Shown here: one piece after another, positions 12,095 to 21,600 of the stretch | Layout: each line of letters starts with the position of its first letter | Numbering within the stretch: position 1 is the stretch's first letter | Assembly: GCA_000708835.1 (NCBI GenBank) | Contig: DF237442.1 | Span: 2,177-66,176, forward strand | Source: Klebsormidium nitens | Lineage: Eukaryota; Plantae; Klebsormidiophyceae | Reading direction: 5' to 3' | DNA: 64,000 nt | The notes under the pieces: model-generated | Seen by the model: the letters and a program-made list of their open reading frames with translations, nothing else | Database searches by the model: none | What the model was told of the DNA's origin: nothing | Translations under genes and position numbers: made by a program

Positions 12095-12147
12095 GGGCTG
12101 ACATGGCGCTCTCTGAGTGGCCCGGATTTTAGTCCGAAGTTCATTTG
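12095..12147 (+). repeat. 53-bp direct repeat, copy 1 (copy 2 at 15319-15371)
   Basis: GGGCTGACATGGCGCTCTCTGAGTGGCCCGGATTTTAGTCCGAAGTTCATTTG; 50/53 identical to copy 2. Confidence 0.9.
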
Positions 12148-12237
12148 CTGATGTTGGTTGTTGGGACTGGGTTGTGACATCATTGATCACTTCTAAAGCG
12201 CCCCAGTGGCAGTAGCTTGGTGCAGGAGCGCTATTAA

Positions 12238-12525
12238 ATGGGCAAAGACTTCGATGATTTGGTGAAAGAGTTGAAAGATTTGGGGTTCAAGCAGCGAAAG
12301 AAGAAACTAGGTAACGGCGACATCTGCTTTTATCACGTAGATTACCCAAACTTCGGTTTCTTAAGGGACTCTAACGTCAATAATTCATTCAGGGTCAAAA
12401 CTTACGTTGATAAAGCAATTGAATTCTTGGAGGAGGCCAAACGCAACGCAGCGAAGGAGGAAGCAGAGCAGAAAGAGGCTGAAGAAGGGCCGGGGAAAAA
12501 CAAGAAAGGGAAGAAGAAGAAGTAA
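12238..12525 (+). CDS. HicA-like (dsRBD-fold mRNA interferase-like) protein, 95 aa, intronless, with a basic C-terminal tail
   Basis: KDFDDLVKELKDLGFKQR..GNGDICFYHVDYP..RVKTYVDKAIEFL follows the HicA pattern (F-x-DL-x-K-x-L-xxx-GF, then FYHPDYP-like, then VKQV-x-KAIE-like). It lies directly upstream of a HicB-like gene. The usual GSH His is not evident. Confidence 0.6.
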   Translation: MGKDFDDLVKELKDLGFKQRKKKLGNGDICFYHVDYPNFGFLRDSNVNNSFRVKTYVDKAIEFLEEAKRNAAKEEAEQKEAEEGPGKNKKGKKKK

Positions 12526-12993
12526 TGGCTGGTGCGGCTCACCATGCAATCTGCTGTTTAAAGAGTGCATAAGTCCATGTTCCGGCCTAGCATTCTGAGT
12601 CCAGGGCCTTTGTGCTCGCGTTGGTCACACACTGCATCCTTGGTTCTTGAAGTAAGAGCTTGCGACAGTTTTTCCGCGACATTTTCATCAATTGAGTCTG
12701 GAGAAGGGCCTTCTTTTTGAATCGTTGATCGAGATTCGAGGAGCTGCTTTTGGGACTTCAGGAGGCTACTTGCGTTGGATGTTTCCTTATCGCTTTGCTG
12801 CATGAGCAAGGAGGTCAAGAATACCTCCTGTTGGGCATCACCACGTTGAATAATATCTGAGATGGTCTGGCAGTGGGACTGCGCTGTTAGGTTATGATCC
12901 ACAATTTCACCACACATGCTTTTGCAGGAATTGATGCTAAGATTCTCCTTTGTCCTCTTGCCAGCGGTGGGGCAGCAAGTGGTTCAGCGCGGC

Positions 12994-14222
12994 ATGGGGG
13001 CCAGGGGAAGATTCAAGGGGGAGGGAAAGGGGAAGGAGCCGCAGAAACGAAAACGGACTGAAGCAGGTGGTGCGAGCGGCAGCGCAGCGGAAGGCGGGAG
13101 TCTGGAGCAGGGCGCTGCAAAGCTGAAGGCGGGAGAGTGGACGCGCGTCAAGGAGGCGGACGACTATGATGTCAAGGACGTGTTCTCCAAGGTGCTGCAC
13201 GGGCTGGAGTACCCTGCGTACGTCTCGCGAGAGCTGCACGAGGAGACGGGAGTCCCCTTCTACTATGCGGAGGCGCCCGACATCAGGGACCTCTGCACCA
13301 TGAGGCCCAACGCGCGGGAGGTGAGTGGAATGAGCAGCTTCTCATCGGAATGTTCATGCTCGCCTCTTTGAGATATGGATGGCTGTTCAACTCATTCCTG
13401 CAGTTCAATTACGGGCGAGGGCCTTCGGCCCAATCAGTCAGAGTGTATTTGTGCCTTCCGTTGAAGGGACTGAAGTGCTGAGGCATGTTTGCCTTTCCTG
13501 GAGGCATGTCGCTTTCCTTCAAGCATGCTTTCTCTGGCACTGCTGCTCGCTTCCTGGCGTGTTTATCTGCGGATGGTGCACATTCCAGTGTGCATGCTGA
13601 AGTCAGCAATTGCTAACGATATTTTCCTGAGATCGCACTCGTTCATCTGCAAAAGTTGCAACAGAAGTCTGGTCGGAAAGGTTTGGTTTTGACATTCAAT
13701 GAATGCTTCGATGGCAGGCGCAGGATGTGCTGGCGCGCCACCTCCACGCGGAGCTGGCAGAACGCGCAATCATCAGGATGCTGCCACCGCTGCCGTCGCC
13801 AGACCTGCCGCCGAATTCGGTGAAGCCGACCTACACCTGGAAGATACGAATCGACGGGGAGAGGTAAGAAGGGCAGCGGGGCCACAGACTCAATCGATCG
13901 CATGGATCGCATGGATGTGTACGGCAAACCTTGCTCAGGTGCAGAGCCTTGAGACTTGCGAGCGCTGCTGCATTGGCAGGAAGCTGTTTCTTGTTTGAAA
14001 TGCACGCATTAACTCTCTCTGAAACTCTTGGGTTTGATCTCCAGTCCTAGCTCTGTCAGAACTGAATTGCGTGAGCCAGCCAAAGACGAAACGCAAAAAA
14101 GAGAAGGTTTGTCAGGCTGTATATGGTGACCAGGTTCTGATTGACTCGTTGAAATTTGCAGGCTCACCCGGTTACTCAACAGCATCGACATCGGCCATGT
14201 CGAAGCTACCGATTCGGATTAG
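12994..14222 (+). CDS. HicB-like antitoxin, 3 exons, 177 aa from ATG 12994 (may gain a 5' exon from the HicA-like ORF)
   Basis: Exons 12994-13320, 13718-13863, 14162-14222 are GT-AG and in phase. Product YPAYVSRELHEETGVPFYYAEAPDIRDLCTMRPNARE|AQDVLARHLHAELAE..PLPSP..KPTYTWKIRIDGE|RLTRLL matches HicB features: YP start, Y-x-A-x-x-PD(I/L)-xxxx-T, EA helix, PLPSP linker and an RHH-like strand-helix. Exon 3 is the least certain. Confidence 0.65.
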
Positions 14223-15318
14223 TGTGCTAGGCTCCTATATTGTTAAGGAAATAAGTCAAACGATGTTTGTGTGTATGCTTCGCCAAGCAGGGGATGCAAA
14301 AGCAGGGGCAGGCGTGCGAGCGCAGCTAGAGTTAGCCAAGACAATAAACAGGCGGGCGCTTGCTTCTGCAGACCAGGGGCGGTGTGACCTCCTTCATGAA
14401 AAGCTCGGACCTCGAATTCGTTTCTTCATGTAATTTGCGGGTGTTCTTTCTCGAGGTTTGTCTACCTCACTAGTGGCTTCATGAAACACGGGCATGAGAA
14501 AGCATGCGCAAAACAACTTGTTTCATAGAAGAATCCGTGCAAAGCAGAGCTCATCTTAGGTGCGCGTCACCGCCCATGCAATTAATGTACAACGCCTTCT
14601 TGGTGTGCCCTGCAAAATCCGGTTTAAGTTATGGAGTGCATGCTGTTCTAAATTCCGATCATGCATACTCTTGCACACTATAGGACACAATTCAAAGTCC
14701 TTGCATGGTTTAGCAGCTTGGGTGCATCTATGGTTATATAGGCAGCGTCGTCAGCGGGCGAAATGCGAGGCTAAGGAGAGTCGACGATTCCGAGTTACGA
14801 ATAGCGGGGAAAGCGGGCGCGTGGACCCCACCATGACACGGGATTATCGTCAACGGGCGCTCATAAACTATACAAATTCGATTTACCTACAAAGTGGGTA
14901 AAACTTTTTGTGCTCCAGCTGCATTTAGACACTCGATTGAAAAGCAATGCGTCACAAATTAACACGACAAACTCGCCGGATAGCTACGACGCCGCGCGCT
15001 TCACTGGGTCAACACCGTCGTGGGCCGCTGTAGAGTCCGTGAACTCCTTTTTGACACAACCAACTCGGACACCGTCCGTAAGTTAATCCGGACGCGCGGT
15101 CGTCGTAAAATTAAATTGATAAGTCGGAAATCGCCGACGGTGGGTACTTCCTCCACACTTAAGGAAAGAAAGGCTGCATATTGGCCTCTTGTAAGTTGTC
15201 CCTAAGTGAGTGCCCGGTTGATACCAGACAACACAATGTGGTATGTACCACTTCCGGGATGGGCCTTCGACCGCGGTTAGGCACCGGCCTGCTACCTCCA
15301 CTCTTGCGACTCCCGGGG

Positions 15319-15371
15319 GGGCTGACATGGCGCTCTCTGAGTGGCCCAAATTTTAATCCGAAGTTCATTTG
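15319..15371 (+). repeat. 53-bp direct repeat, copy 2
   Basis: GGGCTGACATGGCGCTCTCTGAGTGGCCCAAATTTTAATCCGAAGTTCATTTG. Confidence 0.9.
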
Positions 15372-15642
15372 GCTTGCTGTTTACCGTGCCAACGACTTGG
15401 GCATGCTGGGGGATCCCCCGCAATCATGGGGTCGCTTGACAGTTGCGCTTGACAGTGGGGGGGGTCTTCACGAAAGCTCATAGAGCCCCTTGTCTTGTCA
15501 ACTTCATATGCAGGGATGCGCAGCATGGGTTCGACATCAGAATCTTCTGATCAAACCTCTTTGTCTTCATTACTTTTAGGAGGTTTTCTCCAGAGGATGC
15601 TGTCCTGAGTTGCAGAATTGGAAACAGTACGTCGCTGGTACG

Positions 15643-18600
15643 ATGGAGGGGCCCGCCGAGGAAAGCGATTTTCGGGTGCCTGCAATTGCGGCAGCTTGCA
15701 GCGTGGTGGCCAGCATCTTCCTGCTCTGGCGGAGCTTCCAATTGACCAGAATCCGTCCCCATTCTGATACAGAAGCGGACATCAGCAGTCCGTTGCTACC
15801 CGACTCTGACAGGCAGTTCAGACAGCGATCAAGCTCCGCCACTGTACTTTGGCTGGCAGTTTCCATATCCCTAGCCCAGATTATAGGTCAACTGTACATA
15901 GTTTTTTCCTTTACGCATGCACAATCAAGCGCACAGCTAACCCAGTTTGTGACCCTAACCCTTGCCTGGGGTGCGGCGCTGCTGTTAAGCTTGTTGGAAC
16001 ACCGCAGAGGGTTAGCTTTCCCTGGTCCAATTCTCCCCTGGTGGTGGGCGCTAGCAGCTGGCATCAGCTTCGTCTCTGCATGGCAAGTGCCCCACGATCG
16101 CGCCACCTGGCGGCCGGAGCTTGCGACACACCTCCTCAGCGGCGCCCTCGCTCTTGTTCTAATAACCGCCCACGCTATCACCACCGCTTACAGCGCCTTT
16201 GCAAAGAGCAGCCCCCACACCCCCCTGGTGAACGCGTACGATCGAGCGGGACCGCTCTCGCGCCTCACGTTCTGGTACATTCTCCCCCTTCTCAAGCTCG
16301 GATACAAGCGCCCCCTCCAGCCGGTCGACGTTCCCCCCCTCCCGAAGACAGACGATCCTGAGCCCCCCACCTGCCGTTTCCAACTAGAGTGGGCGAAAGA
16401 ACGGGCGAAAAGCAAGCCGTCGCTCCTGCGAGCGTTGTTTCGCGTCTATGGCGGCCGCGTCGCCCTGCAAGCGATCCCCTGTTTCATAGCTGAGGTTGGC
16501 AGCCTTGCGTGCCCTCTCCTTCTCCAACGGGTTCTCACATACCTAACACAAGATACCGGGCAATCAGGGGCTGCCACCTGGCGCGCAGCAGAGTACGCGC
16601 TGGCCTTCTTCTTGTTCACGATGATGAGGTCAGCAGGGACGCACGCCATGTGGATGCAATTAATGCAGGTGTCCATACAGTGTAAATACACCCTGATTGC
16701 GGCGCTGTATGGGAAAGTGCTGCGAATGCCCCCCGCCGTAAAGGGGAAGCACGCGGGGGGAAAGGTGCAGAATCTGGTGGCGAGCGATGTGGATGCGATC
16801 ACGGGGAGCGTGCTGCCGTACGTGCAGTGGTGGACTGTCTCCATGGTGAGAGATTTTTGGATGATGGCAGCTCTTTTATCTGCTTTTGCAAGATTTGGCT
16901 GTGATTGCTTGAGGGTTAAGACGCCAGTTCTTCTGGTGGCGACACGATCACAGGCACCTCAATGTTTAATCGCTCTCTCCTGCGAAAGTATGGGCAAGGC
17001 CTTGGTTCCCGTTCGCACCTATAGCCTTGACCACACTGCAAGCTGTGCGGCGATGGGTTTCCCTGTGGCTGCCTTGGTTCCAGTGTCTGTACCAAAAGTC
17101 CTTTTGGAAGTCAACTACGAGAGAGTAGACGGGTTGGCAGACCAAAGGGAGACTCATGGCCAGCACAGCTTTTGCCCGATGAATTACCGGGGAATAAGCG
17201 TTCTTCTCAGGTAGTCTGCCACATTTGAGTCAGCCCCTTAGAAGTTCGGCACCGTCCAATTGGGGTGTAACACCCCTTTCGGATTCTCCGATTGCGGCTC
17301 AAAGGCCTTCACACCAATGTTCGGTTGCCCAGCTATAATCGGGGGTAATTATGGCAGACTGCCTCCCTGACTGAATTTTCAGCCAGTCAGAGGTTCAATT
17401 CACGCTTGCTCTGTCATTCTGACAACGTGGGGATCTGCCTGTTCTGCTTTGTGACACTCATGTCGTATGCAGCCGATACCAACTAGGAGTTCGCACTCTA
17501 ATTAGTAAGATGTGGGACACTGTTGAGAGTTTCTCACTCTCTTCTTGCACCGCTGCACTCAGGTCAACTCAAGCTTTTTGACTCTTTCTCAGGTAATGAA
17601 CACGATTCTCCCCGGGTTCTTCCTGTACCGCCTGGTTGGCCCCGCGTACTTGATCGGCATCAGCGTGATAGTTGCGCTGCTCCCCGCCAGTGTGTGGGTG
17701 GCCGGCATTGTAAAGCGCGTCACCAAGACCATGTACGAGGCGCGTGATGCACGCGTCAAGCTGCTCGGGGAAGTGGTTCGCGCCATCCTAGTTGTCAAGT
17801 GCCTCGCGTGAGTGCTTTTACTCCGCCCATAATTGCCTCGCTGTCTCCTTCAGAGCTCTAAGGCTGTGTCATCTTTGCTGATTGATTGGCCTGAGAGGCT
17901 TTTCGCATGTTTCTTCTATATGGAATTGTCCAATACTCTCAAGCTTTGACATGGTCTTAGCAGGTTTCAGGTGCAGTCTGCGTCCTCGCTTTGAAGGTTT
18001 GCTGGCGCCGTTAATTCTGGGCGAGCCTTGTGTCCAAACAGCGGGTGCGCTTTTTTGACATGGATCAGCAAAGCTTTTGATGTCTCACTGCCATTTGAAC
18101 CTCCTCCGAGGCAATGGGGCATAAGCAATGCACGACGCCTTCCGCAATTAGAGTCCCAGCCTTCAGAAAATCGAGTTCGAACTCTAAGCACTCAAATTTC
18201 GTGCTTCCTGTGGCGCAACCATTTCGAAGCGTGAAGTTACATATACGGGTAACAACTCTGCCCTTCATACAAGTCTCTACCAAGTCGAATTCCCAGATCA
18301 CATTTCAGAGATTTGGAAGCGCTTTCAAACCTCTACCGAGTGTCCTGAATCGACTCTCCTTTATTGACTCGCAAAAGTGTCCATAATCTGCCCGCTGACA
18401 CCACCTTCTTGGCCTTCGCCCAGGTGGGACGACCTCATGCTGACGTGGATCACAGAGAAGCGCGCGGCGGAGCTGGCGCAGCGGCTGCGCCTCGTGTGGT
18501 GGGAGCTGAGCGAGGTTCTGCTGTGGGACACTGTTCCGGCGGCCGTTCCGCTCGTCACTTTCGCGTGGTACTGCCTCGTCATGCGTCAGCAGCTGACGAT

Positions 18601-21600
18601 CACGACCGCGTTCACGACGATCGCGTGGCTCGACATCCTGCAAATGAACGTGAACTACATCCCCTGGATCTACCGGGCCCTCATAAACGCGAGCGTGTCG
18701 TACCACCGCATACAGGACTTTCTGCTCGGCCCGGAGTTGCAGCCGCTTGCGAGCCTGCCCCCCGGAACGGATTCCGCGTTCGAGATCGCGCATGCGGACT
18801 TTGGGTGGGTAAGCGAGGGGGGCCGAAAACACCGCCGGGGAAAGCCCCCGGGAGGAAACAATGATAGCCTGGCAGACTCGGCGGTCGGCCCGGTAGGAGC
18901 AAACCGACCGGTATTGGAGGACGTTACTCTGACGGCGAAGCGCGGCGAGTTTGTGGCGATCGTCGGGCCCGTAGGGTCCGGTAAATCGACGCTCCTCTCC
19001 GCGATTTGTAACGGGGGCGCCGTGTGCACTCGCGGGAGCGTCGCAGTTACCGGCGGGTGCTTGGCACTAGTCGGGGAAGAGCCCTGGGTGCAGAACGCGA
19101 GCCTGAAGGACAACGTCACCTTTGGGGCGCCGTACGAGGAGAAGCGCTTCGCTGACGTCATCGACGCGTGTCAGCTGGCCGCTGACGTGGCGGCGCTGGG
19201 GCCGGCGGGCGCGGACTCCGCGGTCGGGGAGCGCGGCGCGACTCTCTCCGGGGGGCAGCGCGCACGGTGCGCGCTCGCGCGCGCGTGCTACCGGCGTCCG
19301 GAATCCGAGCTGTACGTTTTGGACGACTGCCTGCGCGGATTGGACGTCCACGTGTCGCAGGCGGTGTTTGAAAAATGCTTGCTCGGCTATCTTGCCGACA
19401 AGACACGTGTCGTGGCGACGCATGACGAGAAACTAGTGCGGGCGGCGGATCGGATTGTGTTGCTGGAAGGGGGGCGGTGTCGGGAAGTGACGGTGGAAGA
19501 GTGGGAGGAGCGGGCAAGGGGGGAGGAATGGCAGGGGTCTGAAGGGGGGGGACAGAGTGAGGGCAGCGAAAATGAAGACGAGGGGGGGAGTGAAGACGGG
19601 GAAGATGGCGAGGGTGATGATGAGGCGGATGGGGAAGAGGAGCAAGGTAAGACTTGCCATAGGGCGCCGAAGGAGCGGTTAGGTCGGGCAAACACCGGTT
19701 GTTTCGCCTTTCTTTCCTCTTTCCGTGTCTTCTCTTTGCCAGTCCCTTAGGATTTGTTAGAGTGTCAGCGAAATTGTCGTAGCGGTTGCAGGGCGCGTGG
19801 GACCAAAGCGCACGTGGCGACGATGTTTCTGAAAATGAGTTCACATGGTTGATTCATTGACTATCAAAATGCTTAGCGCAGCAAGCAAGAGCGTCTCAGA
19901 GCCCAGACGATCCAGGCTGCTTTCACCCGTTCTGCAAAACAGGGGCTAATAACCCAGGTTGCTAATTCCGGAAGTCTGGAGGAGCTTGGAAAGAACTCCT
20001 TTTTCCGTGCTCGGACAGAACAACATGAAGCGTAAATCAGCCGAAAGCAAATATACCAGCGGGCAGAATGAGCAATGTTGTATAGACCACGCAATGAAGC
20101 GTTCCGTTTTTTTGTTCTTATCCCAAAGCCTCTGTTGGAAGATCACAGATTGCCTCTTTCTGCAGATGACACGTGGCAAGACGAGGGAGAGGACCAGTCG
20201 TCCTCGTGGCGGCAATCCAGCAGCGAGCTGTGCGTGTCGCCGCGAACGGCGGCGCTGTTGGCGGGGCGGGCCAGCCGGGAAGAGGCGGCCAGAGAAGCGG
20301 AGAGAGAGGCGATCAGGGAGGACAAAGCCCAAGTGAGTGGGTTGCTTGGAAGTCGAGCAGACTGGCTCTTTAGTTTAGTTTTTGCTTGTGAGGTTGCAAA
20401 GCTGTGTGGTTTTTAACGAGTGGACCTCGATATCGCTGTTTGTATTAAGTATCTGCTTGAGAGATAAAAAAGCTGTCTGGTTTGAGACGAGTGGACATCA
20501 TTGGGGGAAAGTGTCTGCTTGCGACGTTATTGGGTCGCCTGAATCTGTCCACGAAACGCCCCCGTCAGGATTGATGCGCGACACTCGTGTGTCTTTCAAC
20601 TCCAAAAACTTACTTTGCCTTGCCCTCTTGAGATTTGCGTTTTGATGTGGGGACATCCTTTCAACCTCCGCTGAATCGGCAGGCCCAATAGTCGGTTCTA
20701 CTTTGACACTCACCTTCTATGTGACACTCGCGGTGATTCTCCGCAGGTCGATTTGCGCACGCCCCTCCTGGGAACAGGCGGCGGCGCTGGGCCCTCAAAA
20801 CCGCCCCCCAGACCTTCCCCCCCGGAGACCGGAAAACGCCCCCCGATCAGCCGTCCCCCGGTTCTAAAGAAACGCCCCTCTGGGCCCAAAACAGCTCCAC
20901 CTGGGCAAGAAACAAAGCGCGAGGGGGCCGTCTCTTTTTCCGTCTTCGCTGCGTTCTTCCGCGCCGCGGGGGGGTGGAAGATCGTCGCTCCCGCAATTCT
21001 CATCTTCGCCGCGCGCATCGCCGCGGGAATCGGGCGAACGCTCTGGCTGGCGGTATGGACCGGGGGGGCCGAGCCGGAACCCGGTACCGCGCCCCACTCG
21101 CAGCTGTTCTACATTCAGGTCTACGCGGGGATCGTTGGCGCGTTGTCGGTTTTCGCGGCTCTGCGGTCGCTGTTGGCGGACTTTGGCTGCTATTTCGCGG
21201 CGCGGGAGCTGCACGCGGCGATGCTGCGCGCCGTGCTGCGCGCGCCCATGGCGCTCTTCCACCGGACGTCCGCGGGGACCATCATCAACCGCTTCGCGTC
21301 CGACACCGGGCAGGTGCGATTTTCGGGCCCAGCTTCATTGCATCCTTGGTTCTCAGTTCCGCACAGAAACTGATAGCTTGAGCACCTTTGAGGAGCCTTA
21401 CAGCCTTGCAAGCATTTGCCAGCTCCCTGCCTTGGTGAACTGAATTCCGAATTCTTCCGGGAAACTCTACTTGCTGGGCGGTTCTCCGACCATGGTACTT
21501 GGTATTTGGAGCGGAAGAGAACTTGGTCCCTTGCCCTGCTGACGCTTGCTACGTGCGCTGCCCCTTCACAGCTCTCACGTGTATATTCAAGGTTTTACGC

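Noticed and set aside
12238-14222. Bacterial contamination as the source of the hicAB-like pair
   Set aside because: The HicB-like gene has in-phase GT-AG introns and is contiguous with spliced host genes.
19150-19165. TGACGTCA here and near 46770 as members of the two-box repeat
   Set aside because: Both are inside exons (Asp-Val codons) and lack the CGGACAC box.
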